Part shown: piece by piece, positions 1-11,255 of the stretch
Layout: every line of letters begins with the position of its first letter
Position numbering within the stretch: position 1 is the first letter of the stretch
Position numbers and translations under genes: made by a program
DNA from: an uncultured Clostridia bacterium
Lineage (GTDB): Bacteria > Bacillota > Clostridia > TANB77 > CAG-508
Direction: 5' to 3'
NCBI GenBank assembly: GCA_944387555.1
Contig: CALXFH010000008.1
Coordinates: forward strand, 357-64,356
Length of the DNA stretch: 64,000 nt
The notes under the pieces: model-generated
What the model saw: the letters and a program-made list of their open reading frames with translations, nothing else
Database searches by the model: none
What the model was told of the DNA's origin: nothing

Positions 1-163
1 AATAGAAGCAATTTTTTAGATTAGGTAGTTCTGCGTAGGTGAAATTAAGGGGTAACAAAACACCGATAAGCGAAGCTTAAATCTAAAAAATTGGTTCAAT
101 CCCCTTAATTCTTAAATATACAATATGCTATTTTTTGACCCCGTCCTAAAAAACAGCATAAAA

Positions 164-187
164 ATAGGACTATTTTAATAGCCCTAT
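164..187 (-). terminator. probable intrinsic terminator of tuf
   Basis: Imperfect ~10-bp stem (ataggactat / atagccctat) 10 nt after the tuf stop. A U-rich tract follows on the minus strand. Confidence 0.55.
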
Positions 188-197
188 TTTCTATATA

Positions 198-1400
198 TTA
201 TTCGATTATATCAGATACAACTCCTGAACCAACTGTTCTACCACCTTCACGAATAGCGAATCTTAATCCTTTTTCGATAGCAATTGGTGTGATTAGTTCG
301 ATTGTCATTGATACGTTATCTCCTGGCATAACCATTTCTGTTCCAGCAGGTAATTCGATAACACCTGTAACGTCTGTTGTTCTGAAATAGAATTGTGGTC
401 TATATCCATTGAAGAATGGTGTATGACGTCCACCTTCTTCTTTAGTTAATACATAAACCTCTGCTGAGAATTTTGTATGTGGGTGAATTGTTCCTGGTTT
501 ACAAAGAACTTGTCCTCTTTCAACTTCTTTTCTATCAATACCTCTTAAAAGAACACCGATGTTGTCACCAGCTTCTGCTTGGTCTAATAGTTTTCTAAAC
601 ATTTCTACACCTGTAACAACAGTTTTCTTTCTTTCTGTTGTAAGACCGATAATTTCAACTTCGTCTTGAAGTTTAACTTCTCCTCTTTCTACTCTACCTG
701 TTGCAACTGTTCCACGTCCTGTAATTGTGAATACGTCTTCAACTGGCATTAAGAATGGTTGATCGATTGGTCTTTCTGGTGTTGGGATGTAGTTATCAAC
801 TGCATCTAATAATTCTTTAATTGGTTGATATACTGGATCATTAGGATCTGTTGATGTAGATTCTAGAACTTGTAATGAAGAACCTTTTATAATTGGAACT
901 TCGTCTCCTGGGAAACCATATTCTGTTAATAAGTCTCTAACTTCCATTTCAACTAATTCTAATAATTCTGGGTCGTCAACCATATCGCATTTATTTAAGT
1001 AAACAACGATATATTTAACACCAACTTGTCTAGCAAGTAAGATATGCTCTCTTGTTTGAGGCATTGGTCCATCAGCTGCTGAAACAACTAAGATAGCACC
1101 ATCCATTTGAGCAGCACCTGTGATCATGTTTTTAACATAGTCAGCATGTCCTGGGCAGTCAACGTGTGCATAGTGTCTTTTATCTGTTTCATATTCTACG
1201 TGAGCTGTGTTGATTGTGATTCCTCTTGCTTTTTCTTCTGGAGCACCATCGATTTGATCGTATGCTTCATATTTAGCTTTACCTAATAATGATAAGTATT
1301 TTGTAATAGCTGCTGTTGTTGTTGTTTTACCGTGGTCAACGTGACCGATTGTACCGATATTAACGTGTGGCTTTGTTCTTTCAAATTTTTCCTTTGCCAT
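198..1400 (-). CDS. tuf: elongation factor Tu
   Basis: 400-aa ORF with [14 protein letters not shown] and NKCD GTPase motifs. EF-Tu-like over its full length. Confidence 0.98.
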   Translation of the reverse strand: MAKEKFERTKPHVNIGTIGHVDHGKTTTTAAITKYLSLLGKAKYEAYDQIDGAPEEKARGITINTAHVEYETDKRHYAHVDCPGHADYVKNMITGAAQMDGAILVVSAADGPMPQTREHILLARQVGVKYIVVYLNKCDMVDDPELLELVEMEVRDLLTEYGFPGDEVPIIKGSSLQVLESTSTDPNDPVYQPIKELLDAVDNYIPTPERPIDQPFLMPVEDVFTITGRGTVATGRVERGEVKLQDEVEIIGLTTERKKTVVTGVEMFRKLLDQAEAGDNIGVLLRGIDRKEVERGQVLCKPGTIHPHTKFSAEVYVLTKEEGGRHTPFFNGYRPQFYFRTTDVTGVIELPAGTEMVMPGDNVSMTIELITPIAIEKGLRFAIREGGRTVGSGVVSDIIE

Positions 1401-1467
1401 TTTAAATTCCTCCTTAAATTTATTTTATTTTTAAAAATTAAATAACAAAATTATATTTTGCATAAGC

Positions 1468-1496
1468 ATTTTATAACATTTCTGCTAAAAATGCAA
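1468..1496 (-). promoter_or_regulatory. candidate sigma-A promoter in the fusA-tuf spacer
   Basis: Minus strand reads TTGCAT, 17 nt, TAAAAT. Confidence 0.4.
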
Positions 1497-1502
1497 GCTT
1501 TT

Positions 1503-3584
1503 TTATTCTTTTTTAGCTCTTGAAGATACAATTGCTTCAGAAACTGATTTTGGAACTTCTTCATAATGAGATGGTTCCATAGAATATGTTCCTCTACCTT
1601 GTGTTCTAGAACGTAATTCTGTTGCATAACCAAACATTTCTGATAATGGGATAAATGCATGAATTTCTTGCATTCCATCATTACCTTCCATACCTTCTAG
1701 TCTACCACGTCTAGAGTTTACATCTCCTATAACGTCTCCCATGTATTCTTCTGGAACTGTTATTTCAACTTTCATAATTGGCTCTAAGATAACTGCATGA
1801 GCTTGTTTCATACCTTCTTTGAATGCCATAGCTGCTGCAATCTTGAAGGCCATTTCTGAAGAGTCAACTTCATGGTATGAACCATCAACTAAACTTACTT
1901 TGAAGTCTGTTACTGGATATCCTGCTAAGATACCTGTTTCTGCAGCTTCTCTCATACCTTGTTCAATTGGTTTAATATATTCTTTAGGAACAGCTCCTCC
2001 GACAATTTTACTTTCGAATTCAATTCCTTTACCTGGCTCTAATGGTTCCATTTCAAACCAAACGTCACCATATTGTCCTTTACCACCAGATTGACGAATA
2101 AATTTACCTTGAACTCTTACTTTGTCTCTAATTGTTTCTTTGTAAGCAACTTGTGGTTTACCTACATTACATTCTACTTTGAATTCTCTTTTTAATCTAT
2201 CAACGATGATGTCTAGGTGTAATTCACCCATACCAGCGATAATAGTTTGTCCAGTTTCTTGATTTGTATGAACTTTAAATGTTGGGTCTTCTTCTGCTAA
2301 TTTTCCTAAAGCTATAGCCATTTTTTCTTGTGCTACTTTATCTTTAGGTTCGATAGCTATATCAATAACTGGGTCAGGGAATTCCATAGATTCTAATATT
2401 ACTGGATGTTCTGGATCACATAATGTATCCCCTGTTGTAACATCTTTTAATCCAACTGCTGCTGCAATATCTCCAGCATATACTTTATCTATATCTTGTC
2501 TATGGTTTGAATGCATTTGAAGAATTCTTCCGATTCTCTCTTTTTTATCTTTATTTGAATTTAGTACAGTAGAACCTGATTCTAATGTTCCTGAATATAC
2601 CCTAATAAAGCATAATTTTCCAACAAATGGGTCTGTTGCAATTTTGAATGCTAATGCTGCAAATGGTTCATTGTCTGAAGTTTTTCTTTCTACTTCATTA
2701 CCATCTAAGTCAACACCTTTGATATGTGGTATATCTAATGGTGATGGCATATAATCTATAATTGCATTTAATAATTCTTGAACACCTTTGTTTTTATAAG
2801 AAGATCCACATGTTACTGGAACTACAGTATTTGCTATTGTTCCTTTACGAAGTCCTTTTTTGATTTCGTCCTCTGTTAAATCTCCTTCTTCTAGGTATTT
2901 CATCATTAAATCTTCATCTTGATCTGCTGCAGCTTCAATCATTTTTTCTCTATATTCTTTAGCTAAATCTACCATATCTTCTGGTATATCGCATTCTTCG
3001 ATTTCTTTTCCTAAATCATCTTTATGAATATATGCTTTCATTTTGATTAAATCTACTATACCTTTAAATTGATCTTCTGCTCCAATTGGTAATTGTACTG
3101 GAACAGCATTTGCTTTTAATCTATTTTTTAATTGGTCAACACATAGCATAAAGTTTGCTCCTGTGATGTCCATTTTGTTTACATATACCATTCTTGGTAC
3201 TTGATACTTATCAGCTTGTCTCCAAACTGTTTCTGTTTGTGGTTGAACTCCACCTTTGGCAGCTAAAACTGTAACAGCACCATCAAGAACTCTTAGAGAT
3301 CTTTGAACTTCTACTGTAAAGTCAACGTGTCCTGGTGTATCAATTATATTAATTCTATGATTTTTCCAGAAACATGTTGTGGCAGCAGATGTAATTGTTA
3401 TACCTCTTTCTTGCTCTTGCTCCATCCAGTCCATTGTTGCTTCACCTTCATGAACCTCACCTATTTTATGTGTTTTACCTGTATAGAATAAGATTCTTTC
3501 AGTTGTTGTTGTTTTTCCAGCATCAATGTGTGCCATTATTCCTATATTTCTTGTTCTTTCTAGTGGGTATTCTCTTCCTGCCAT
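1503..3584 (-). CDS. fusA: elongation factor G
   Basis: [17 protein letters not shown] and NKMD motifs. The start was moved to MAGREYPLE (ATG at 3584), which follows a GAGGGGG SD. The ORF-track start at 3611 would overlap rpsG. Confidence 0.97.
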   Translation of the reverse strand: MAGREYPLERTRNIGIMAHIDAGKTTTTERILFYTGKTHKIGEVHEGEATMDWMEQEQERGITITSAATTCFWKNHRINIIDTPGHVDFTVEVQRSLRVLDGAVTVLAAKGGVQPQTETVWRQADKYQVPRMVYVNKMDITGANFMLCVDQLKNRLKANAVPVQLPIGAEDQFKGIVDLIKMKAYIHKDDLGKEIEECDIPEDMVDLAKEYREKMIEAAADQDEDLMMKYLEEGDLTEDEIKKGLRKGTIANTVVPVTCGSSYKNKGVQELLNAIIDYMPSPLDIPHIKGVDLDGNEVERKTSDNEPFAALAFKIATDPFVGKLCFIRVYSGTLESGSTVLNSNKDKKERIGRILQMHSNHRQDIDKVYAGDIAAAVGLKDVTTGDTLCDPEHPVILESMEFPDPVIDIAIEPKDKVAQEKMAIALGKLAEEDPTFKVHTNQETGQTIIAGMGELHLDIIVDRLKREFKVECNVGKPQVAYKETIRDKVRVQGKFIRQSGGKGQYGDVWFEMEPLEPGKGIEFESKIVGGAVPKEYIKPIEQGMREAAETGILAGYPVTDFKVSLVDGSYHEVDSSEMAFKIAAAMAFKEGMKQAHAVILEPIMKVEITVPEEYMGDVIGDVNSRRGRLEGMEGNDGMQEIHAFIPLSEMFGYATELRSRTQGRGTYSMEPSHYEEVPKSVSEAIVSSRAKKE

Positions 3585-3604
3585 TTTATATTTCCCCCTC
3601 TCTT

Positions 3605-4105
<501 letters not shown>

Positions 4106-4245
4106 TTAATGCTTTATATAGAAAGCATCTAGGTACTCTGAAAAGCTTAAGCTTTTCCGTATAGTGCTATATAATCTATTCTAAATTTAAGTACCTTAAG
4201 TTTAGTAAGAATTATAAGCACTAATTCATTTGCTAAACCTAAAGT

Positions 4246-4659
4246 CTATTTTTTAGGTTTTTTAGCACCGTATTTTGAACGTGCTTGCATTCTGTCTTTA
4301 ACACCTGCTGTATCTAATGTTCCTCTGATGATATGGTATCTAACACCTGGAAGGTCTTTTACCCTACCACCTCTAATTAATACAACACTGTGTTCTTGTA
4401 AGTTATGTCCTATACCTGGGATATAAGAAATAACTTCATAACCATTAGAAAGTCTAACTCTGGCAACTTTTCTTAATGCTGAGTTTGGCTTCTTAGGTGT
4501 AACTGTTTTTACAACTGTACAAACTCCTCTTTTTTGTGGAGATCTATTATTTGTTAATCTCTTATTTTTTGAGTTATAACCATAACGTAATGCTGGAGCT
4601 TTTGCTTTAGTTGTTTTTGTTTTTCTTCCTTTTCTTACTAATTGATTAATTGTTGGCAC
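4246..4659 (-). CDS. rpsL: 30S ribosomal protein S12
   Basis: 137 aa, [12 protein letters not shown]..., canonical S12. Confidence 0.97.
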   Translation of the reverse strand: MPTINQLVRKGRKTKTTKAKAPALRYGYNSKNKRLTNNRSPQKRGVCTVVKTVTPKKPNSALRKVARVRLSNGYEVISYIPGIGHNLQEHSVVLIRGGRVKDLPGVRYHIIRGTLDTAGVKDRMQARSKYGAKKPKK

Positions 4660-4748
4660 TTAAATTTCACCTCCTGTTTTTTTATTTTACAATTTTATTA
4701 CTTCGTTACGGAAATGCATATTACATGCAATTTACTATAACGAATTAT

Positions 4749-4777
4749 ATTGTATCATGTAGTTACCAATAAGTCAA
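4749..4777 (-). promoter_or_regulatory. candidate sigma-A promoter of the rpsL-rpsG-fusA-tuf operon
   Basis: Minus strand reads TTGACT, 17 nt, TACAAT, directly downstream of the terminator at 4778-4807. Confidence 0.55.
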
Positions 4778-4807
4778 GAAAAACTTGGAATTTCTTCCAA
4801 GTTTTTT
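4778..4807 (-). terminator. intrinsic terminator after the K/E-rich ORF
   Basis: gaaaaacttggaa / ttccaagtttttc form a perfect 13-bp stem with a 4-nt loop. A- and T-runs flank it, so it could act in both directions. Confidence 0.7.
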
Positions 4808-4828
4808 CTTAAATATTTTTCTTTTTTA

Positions 4829-6010
4829 TTATCTAGTTTGATCATCGCTTTTATTTTTTGCTTCTTGTGCTTTTTTAGCTTCTTCCCTTTTTTGTGCTAT
4901 TCTTTCTTCTCTTACTTGCTCTACTCCTTTTTGAGCGACTTCTAATACATCATATTTTAAATAATCTCTAAATAATTCATTTTGCTTTTTCTTTTGATTA
5001 ACTTCTGTTGTTTCATTTTTAGAATCTTCTTGTTTAGAATCTTGTTGCTTTACTTCTTCACTATTATCTGTTCTAAAGAATTTCTTTGCTCTTAATAGTG
5101 TTTTTCCTATTAAATTGTCCTTCATGTTTGGAAATCTTTTTGCTAATCTAGGAAATTCTTTTTCGAAATCACTAACTTCAACTGGTAACTTAGTAGTAAT
5201 ATCTGAATCGCTTTTATCTCCTTCTGTTTTATTATTTTCTTTTTGTATTTCTTCTTTCAAAACGTTACTCTTTTCACTTTCTTGTTTTTTATCTTGTTTT
5301 GCTTTTAATTTTTCAGCTCTTGTTAAAGGTAATGGATCTTTAGCTGTAAATTTTTTATCTTTCCAACCTTCTAGTTTCACTTGTATGCTGTCTATACTTA
5401 AACCTTTCATTAAATTAGTTGCTACCATATCACATTTACTTTTCATACTAGAAATTTGAAAACATTTTGTTCTTAGCTCCTCATTAGAATATCTAGACAA
5501 TTTATTGTTACTTTGTTGTGATTGAGGTTTTTCATTTTTTATTTTAGCAAATTCTTGATTGTTTTTATCCGCTTGAAATCTTAGTTTAGATAATTCTTGA
5601 TCAATATCTTCTTTTTGCATTTGCAATGCTGCTATTTCTTCTTTATCTGTAGAAGCTGCAATTTTTTTATTGATTTCTTTTCTTTTTGCTATAAATTCAT
5701 CTTGCTTTTGTATATTTAAATTCATTTCTTTTTCAAGATCTTCTAAACTTATACTATTTGCTTTATTCTCTCTAGTTATATATTCGCCTTTATAAACTTC
5801 TAATTCTTCTTCTAATCTATCTATAAATTCAATTAAATTGTCAACTTTTGGTAAATTATTCATTACTTTTTGCATATTTTGATATTCAGCATATTCTTCC
5901 CTTGAAATAGTTTTATTTTGAACCTTTACTTTTAATTCTTCAAATCTTTCTTGTATATCAGGGCTTTTAAAATTTTCATACCATACTCTCCATCTCTTTT
6001 TATCTTTCAT
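4829..6010 (-). CDS. hypothetical lysine/glutamate-rich, probably coiled-coil protein
   Basis: Long ORF. ATG 6010 (MKDKKRWRVWYENFK) follows AAAGGAGG by 7 nt. It has its own promoter-like element and terminator. I recognised no family. Confidence 0.7.
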   Translation of the reverse strand: MKDKKRWRVWYENFKSPDIQERFEELKVKVQNKTISREEYAEYQNMQKVMNNLPKVDNLIEFIDRLEEELEVYKGEYITRENKANSISLEDLEKEMNLNIQKQDEFIAKRKEINKKIAASTDKEEIAALQMQKEDIDQELSKLRFQADKNNQEFAKIKNEKPQSQQSNNKLSRYSNEELRTKCFQISSMKSKCDMVATNLMKGLSIDSIQVKLEGWKDKKFTAKDPLPLTRAEKLKAKQDKKQESEKSNVLKEEIQKENNKTEGDKSDSDITTKLPVEVSDFEKEFPRLAKRFPNMKDNLIGKTLLRAKKFFRTDNSEEVKQQDSKQEDSKNETTEVNQKKKQNELFRDYLKYDVLEVAQKGVEQVREERIAQKREEAKKAQEAKNKSDDQTR

Positions 6011-6056
6011 AAAAATACCTCCTTTGTACCATTCGTACAATTTAACCTCTTTTATA

Positions 6057-6085
6057 ATTATACCATTTTTTAGTAGCATTATCAA
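6057..6085 (-). promoter_or_regulatory. candidate sigma-A promoter of the K/E-rich ORF
   Basis: Minus strand reads TTGATA, 17 nt, TATAAT, with an extended -10 (TGgTATAAT). Confidence 0.55.
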
Positions 6086-6169
6086 TCGTTTTATGTAAAT
6101 TTATTGTATTTTTAATAAAAATGTAATATTTTAGTAATATTTGTAATATAAAAAGGCCTTAGTATTACA

Positions 6170-7540
6170 CTAAAGTCTTTCTTCTAAATCTTTTAAACTT
6201 CTATTAGCTAATTCTTGATATCTCAACTTTTTATCTTTAATTTTCTTTCCTTCTAGTTCAGGTAATATTCCAAAATTAGCATTCATAGGCTGGAACTTTT
6301 CATTTGGTGTTGATATATATTTAGCTAAAGCTCCTATTACCGTAGTTTCTGGAAATGTTATTTTACTTCCTTTATTTTCAAATGCTTCTATTGCATTTAA
6401 AGCTGCAACTAATCCAGATGATATTGATTCAACATATCCTTCTACGCCTGTTATCTGTCCTGCAAAATATATATTAGAATTTGTTTTTAAACAATATGTT
6501 TCATCTAATAATTTACTAGAATTAATGTATGTATTTCTATGCATAACTCCATATTTTACAAACTCTGCATTTTGTAGTCCTGGTATCATACTAAATATCC
6601 TTTTTTGTTCTCCATATTTCAAATTTGTTTGAAATCCTACCATATTATAAATACTTGCTTGTTTATCATCTTGTCTTAATTGAACAACAGCATAAGGTCT
6701 TCTTACAGTTCTTGGGTCATCAAAACCAACTGGTTTTAAGGGTCCAAACCTTAAAGTATCAATTCCTCTTTTTGCCATAATTTCTATTGGCATACAACCT
6801 TCAAATATTTCTCTTTTTTCGAAATCATGTAATGTTACAACTTCTGCATTTACAAGTTCATTCCAGAAGTTTTCATATTCTTCTTTATTCATTGGGAGAT
6901 TTATATAACTTTGTTCTTTTCCCTCTTGTTTTTTTAATCTTTTCCTCCATTCTTCTTCTGTTTCGTCTTTTTTCTTTTCCTGGCTATATCTATCTCCATA
7001 AAAAGCTATATTAAAATCAATACTATCTTTACTTATAATTGGTGCTGCTGCATCATAAAAATATAATTTATCTTCACCAGTCATTTTAGAAATTTGTTTT
7101 GCTAAACTATCAGAAGTAAGTGGTCCAGTTGCAATAATTACAATTCCATCTTTAGCCATTCTTGATACATCTGTTACCTCTTCATGAACAATTTCTATTA
7201 GTGGATTATTTTCAATGGCTTCAGTTACTTTTTTAGAAAATATATCTCTATCAACCGCTAAAGCTTGTCCTGCTGCAACACTTGTTTCATCCGCTGTTTT
7301 AATTAATAAAGATCCTAACCTTCTTAATTCTTCTTTTAACAACCCACATGCATTTGTTAATAAATTAGATTTAAAGGAATTGCTACAAACTATTTCTGCT
7401 AAATCTTTATTAGAATGTGCAGGTGAAAACTTTATAGGTTTCATTTCATATAATTTCACTTTAATGTTTCTTTTAGCAATTTGGTAAGCCGCTTCGCATC
7501 CTGCTAAGCCACCACCAATTACTGTAATATAATCATTCAT
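6170..7540 (-). CDS. trmFO: methylenetetrahydrofolate--tRNA-(uracil-5-)-methyltransferase TrmFO
   Basis: 456 aa, N-terminal FAD fold [14 protein letters not shown], Gid/TrmFO-like throughout. Confidence 0.93.
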   Translation of the reverse strand: MNDYITVIGGGLAGCEAAYQIAKRNIKVKLYEMKPIKFSPAHSNKDLAEIVCSNSFKSNLLTNACGLLKEELRRLGSLLIKTADETSVAAGQALAVDRDIFSKKVTEAIENNPLIEIVHEEVTDVSRMAKDGIVIIATGPLTSDSLAKQISKMTGEDKLYFYDAAAPIISKDSIDFNIAFYGDRYSQEKKKDETEEEWRKRLKKQEGKEQSYINLPMNKEEYENFWNELVNAEVVTLHDFEKREIFEGCMPIEIMAKRGIDTLRFGPLKPVGFDDPRTVRRPYAVVQLRQDDKQASIYNMVGFQTNLKYGEQKRIFSMIPGLQNAEFVKYGVMHRNTYINSSKLLDETYCLKTNSNIYFAGQITGVEGYVESISSGLVAALNAIEAFENKGSKITFPETTVIGALAKYISTPNEKFQPMNANFGILPELEGKKIKDKKLRYQELANRSLKDLEERL

Positions 7541-7558
7541 CTAATTACTCCTTAAAAT

Positions 7559-7656
7559 GGGGACGTTTCCATTTGCTCATTTTTGAACATTTTGGGACAG
7601 ACCCTTACTAAGATGTATCCCAAATTGCACATTTTTGCGCAAATGGAAACGTTCCC
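7559..7656. repeat. palindromic intergenic repeat, full copy A
   Basis: Two ~45-nt arms in inverted orientation (GGGGACGTTTCCATTTGC...GGGACAGACC / GATGTATCCC...GCAAATGGAAACGTTCCC). Roughly 80% identical by eye to the reverse complement of copy B. Confidence 0.8.
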
Positions 7657-7661
7657 AATTA

Positions 7662-10600
7662 TTATTCAAACAATCTCATTATTTCTTCTCTTGAGAATTT
7701 GTTTATAAATGTTGTCTTTGTATCTAGCAAGTTATCTGCTAGTTTTGCTTTCTTTTCTTGTAATTCATATATTTTTTCTTCTATTGAATTTTTTGTTATT
7801 AATTTATATACTTGTACATTATTCTTTTGTCCTATTCTATATGCTCTATCTGTTGCTTGATTTTCTGTGGATATATTCCACCAAGGGTCGTAGTGAATTA
7901 CCATATCTGCTCCTGTTAAGTTTAGTCCTGTTCCTCCTGCTTTTAATGATATTAAGAATAGTTTTATTTCTGGATTTTCATTAAACTCATCTACCATTCT
8001 CATTCTTTCATCTACTTTTGTTGCTCCTGTTAGTTTGAAATAATTTATATTACGCTTCTTTAGTTCTTTTTCTATTATTTCAAACATTGATGTATATCCT
8101 GAAAATAGTAATATCTTATGTCCTCCATTTATTGCTTCTTCTATTATTTCTATACACTGGTCTAATTTACTACTTCCTCCATTATAGTTATCTATAAATA
8201 AACTTGGATGGCAACATATTTGTCTTAATCTTGTTAATGCTGCTAAAATTTGCATTTGTGAGTTTTCAAATCCACTTATTTCTATCTTATCTGCTATTTC
8301 TTGTTTTGCCTGAGCTAAATATGTTAAATACAAGTTTCTTTGTTCTTCATTCATTTCATTATTTAATACTGTTACTGTTTTTTCTGGTAATTCTGTTAAT
8401 ACTTCTTTTTTATTTCTTCTTAGAACAAATGGTTCTATTAACATTTTTAATTTTTTCATTGCATTTTCATCTTGTTCTTTTACTATTGGTGTTTCATACA
8501 TATTTTTAAATTTTCTATATGTAAATAAATATCCTGGCATTATAAAATCAAATATTGACCATAGTTCTGCTAAAGAGTTTTCTATTGGCGTTCCTGTTAA
8601 AGCATATCTAGTTTCTGCTTTTATTTGTTTTATTGCCTTTGCATTTTTTGTATTACTATTTTTTAAATATTGTGCTTCATCTGCAATTACATATTTAAAC
8701 ATATAGTTTTTCTCTTTATAGAGTTCAATATCTCTTTTTAGTAAATCGTATGATGTTATGACTAAATCATAATTATCTATTTCATTTATTAATCTTTTTC
8801 TTTCTGACAATGTTCCTCTTATAACGGCTGTTTTTAGCTCATTTGTGAATTTTGCCGCTTCGTTTTGCCAGTTTAATGTTAGAGAACTTGGTGATACTAC
8901 TAAACTTGTTTTTCTATCTTCTTTTTCTGCATAATCTACTATTACTGATAACATTTGAATTGTTTTTCCAAGTCCCATATCATCTGCAAGGATTCCTCCA
9001 AAGTGATATTTATCTAATGTTTTTAGCCATCTATATCCTGTTTTTTGGTAATATCTTAGAACATTGTTTAGTTTAGATGGTATTTCTATTTCTTCTTCCA
9101 ATTGTTCTTTATTTAATCCATTTACTATTTTCTTATATTCTGAATTTTTTAATATTTCTGTTCCCTTTATTCCTTTTAGTAACTGATTTAAATATAATGT
9201 TCTATTTACTGGAAGGCGCAATTCTCCATCTTCTAATTCTTTATAGTCTACTCCCATTCCTGTTTTTAATTTGTCTAAAAATTCTATTTCTTTATTATCC
9301 TCTAAGTTTATAAAGCTTCCATCTTTTAATCTATAATATTTCTTTTTTAGGGAATATTTTTCCATTATATCTTGTAATTCACTTGAGTCTATATCTATTT
9401 TACTTAAATCTATTGTTAGTAAATCATTTTCCACTTTTACGCCAAGCCCTGTCATTTTAGGACTTCTTATTTGTTTCTTTTTAAAATTTTCTGTTACCAT
9501 TACAGCAAATTTTTGCATATAGTAGTTTATGTCTTCTGTTAAGAATTCATATATTTTATCATCATTTGGTAGTATAAATCTTGTATTCTTTACATCTAAC
9601 ATAAAGCCTGTTTTTCTAAATACGTTTAGTGCTTTTGTTTCCTTAATCATATTTCTTGGGAAGTTTATTTTTTCATTTTCATTTAGTGGATTAAATTCAT
9701 TTTCTTCATAGCAAAATCTAACATCTGCTACTAAATAATCATTTTTATCAAAGTCTAGAAATACTTTTACAACTAATTCTTTTGGTTTATATTTTTCTAT
9801 TTCTTCTTCTGTTAATCCTTCTATTTTTATTGCATCTTTTACTTTTGGTAATACTACTGAAAAGAATTCTGTTAATTCTTCTTCTCCGAATTCTATTTCT
9901 GTTACGTAGTTTTGTCTAAATAATTCTAATAATTTTAAGCTTGTTCTTTCAAATTCTTTACTACATCTATATAATTTTTTATCTGTTATTATATATTTAT
10001 ATAATTTTCCTCTTAATATTGTAATTTCATATATTTCCTTATCTGGATATATTACAAAATTTTCTTCTTTATTTTTCTTTAATATAAAATCTAGTTTTGG
10101 CTCTTCTTCTGTAAATTCTATTTTGTCTACTGAATAGTCTTTATTAAATTCTACTTCTTTTCCTTTTAAGACTTCAAACAAATCATCTATTCCAGTATTT
10201 CCTACTAATATATTTGTTTCGTTTAATGCTTTTCCATAATATCTAAAGTTACTATTAGAATTTGAGTTTGCATATTTTATTATTTCTGCATATTTTAGTA
10301 TAAAATCAAGTAAAGGCTTACTTTCTTCTGCAAATGCATCCCTTGTATGTACAAATTCTAATTTTTGCCCATATTTATAATTTTCTTTATTTAACATTCT
10401 TGTATAAAAATCTGCCAAGTTTTTGATTTTATACATTTTTTTGTTTCCTATTTTAAATTCTACTTTTATATCTCCCGAAAATTTCTCATAATAAATAATA
10501 GGCTCTATTTTTATAGTTCCTTTTTGTTTTATTTCATCTTCTTCGTCTGCTATTCCTTCTACTTCTTCTTGGTAAAAACTGTTTACTATTTGTTTAAAGT

Positions 10601-11003
10601 TTCTATAAGCTTGTGGCTCTAATTTGGTTGTATTAAATATATTATGATTATTATCCAATTTTTCTTCATTCTTAGAGTCTTTTTCCACATATTGTTCTAT
10701 ATATTGTGGATTATTTATAAATTCTAATACTGTAGCTAGTGTATGTTTGCAAATTCCATAATGATTATAGTAATCTTCACACGTACAAGTTACATCTTCT
10801 ACCATTCCATTTTTTATACTTATATATGTTTTATAAATTTCATTTCCTATTACATTTGCACTTAAAGAAAAGTTCATACTATCTTCATAGTCTACATTCT
10901 TTATTCTTACTCTTTCTTGCTTTTGGTATTCTATTGCTCTTTTCTTTCTTCCTTCTCCTGCATCTTTATATAAATCTTCTAATATTTCATGATTTACAAG
11001 CAT
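7662..11003 (-). CDS. SNF2-family helicase with N-terminal SWIM zinc finger
   Basis: SWIM motif CTCEDYYNHYGICKH. SNF2 motifs GILADDMGLGKT, DEAQYLKN and LTGTPIEN, plus a helicase C domain. ATG 11003 follows a GGAGGAG SD. Confidence 0.9.
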   Translation of the reverse strand: MLVNHEILEDLYKDAGEGRKKRAIEYQKQERVRIKNVDYEDSMNFSLSANVIGNEIYKTYISIKNGMVEDVTCTCEDYYNHYGICKHTLATVLEFINNPQYIEQYVEKDSKNEEKLDNNHNIFNTTKLEPQAYRNFKQIVNSFYQEEVEGIADEEDEIKQKGTIKIEPIIYYEKFSGDIKVEFKIGNKKMYKIKNLADFYTRMLNKENYKYGQKLEFVHTRDAFAEESKPLLDFILKYAEIIKYANSNSNSNFRYYGKALNETNILVGNTGIDDLFEVLKGKEVEFNKDYSVDKIEFTEEEPKLDFILKKNKEENFVIYPDKEIYEITILRGKLYKYIITDKKLYRCSKEFERTSLKLLELFRQNYVTEIEFGEEELTEFFSVVLPKVKDAIKIEGLTEEEIEKYKPKELVVKVFLDFDKNDYLVADVRFCYEENEFNPLNENEKINFPRNMIKETKALNVFRKTGFMLDVKNTRFILPNDDKIYEFLTEDINYYMQKFAVMVTENFKKKQIRSPKMTGLGVKVENDLLTIDLSKIDIDSSELQDIMEKYSLKKKYYRLKDGSFINLEDNKEIEFLDKLKTGMGVDYKELEDGELRLPVNRTLYLNQLLKGIKGTEILKNSEYKKIVNGLNKEQLEEEIEIPSKLNNVLRYYQKTGYRWLKTLDKYHFGGILADDMGLGKTIQMLSVIVDYAEKEDRKTSLVVSPSSLTLNWQNEAAKFTNELKTAVIRGTLSERKRLINEIDNYDLVITSYDLLKRDIELYKEKNYMFKYVIADEAQYLKNSNTKNAKAIKQIKAETRYALTGTPIENSLAELWSIFDFIMPGYLFTYRKFKNMYETPIVKEQDENAMKKLKMLIEPFVLRRNKKEVLTELPEKTVTVLNNEMNEEQRNLYLTYLAQAKQEIADKIEISGFENSQMQILAALTRLRQICCHPSLFIDNYNGGSSKLDQCIEIIEEAINGGHKILLFSGYTSMFEIIEKELKKRNINYFKLTGATKVDERMRMVDEFNENPEIKLFLISLKAGGTGLNLTGADMVIHYDPWWNISTENQATDRAYRIGQKNNVQVYKLITKNSIEEKIYELQEKKAKLADNLLDTKTTFINKFSREEIMRLFE

Positions 11004-11105
11004 AGTTTTCTCCTCCACCTGGCAAACTATTATATTACAAAAAGCAAAAAAAATCAAGTTTTATTTTTTGTTAAAAACAAAACCTTTAAATAAACATTTT
11101 TCTAT

Positions 11106-11134
11106 TTGTAAATTTAATTAAAATATGCTATACT
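11106..11134 (+). promoter_or_regulatory. candidate sigma-A promoter of the 25-codon ORF
   Basis: TTGTAA, 17 nt, TATACT, with an extended -10 TG. Confidence 0.5.
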
Positions 11135-11177
11135 TATTCTGTTCATTTATAATTTACCTCCAGAAAGGAGCTAAATT

Positions 11178-11255
11178 ATGGACTCTAACCAATTAATTGT
11201 TTTCTTAGTGACATTAGTAATAGTGTTAGCATTTGGAAACAAAGACAAATCTTAG
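11178..11255 (+). CDS. 25-aa hydrophobic peptide MDSNQLIVFLVTLVIVLAFGNKDKS (candidate type I toxin-like or small membrane protein)
   Basis: AAAGGAG SD lies 7 nt before the ATG. One predicted TM helix with a polar C-terminal tail. Below the ORF-track size cut-off. A promoter lies upstream and two hairpins downstream. Confidence 0.45.
   Translation: MDSNQLIVFLVTLVIVLAFGNKDKS

Noticed and set aside
93-110. A tRNA or tRNA-like gene, suggested by GGTTCAATCCCC (T-loop-like).
   Set aside because: A 7-bp acceptor-like pairing (43-49 with 104-110) exists, but no T-stem, D-arm or anticodon arm can be drawn. It is not a tRNA.
1451-1681. The 76-aa minus-strand ORF overlapping the fusA 3' end.
   Set aside because: It lies in an alternative frame of the fusA C-terminus and the fusA-tuf spacer, with implausible composition.
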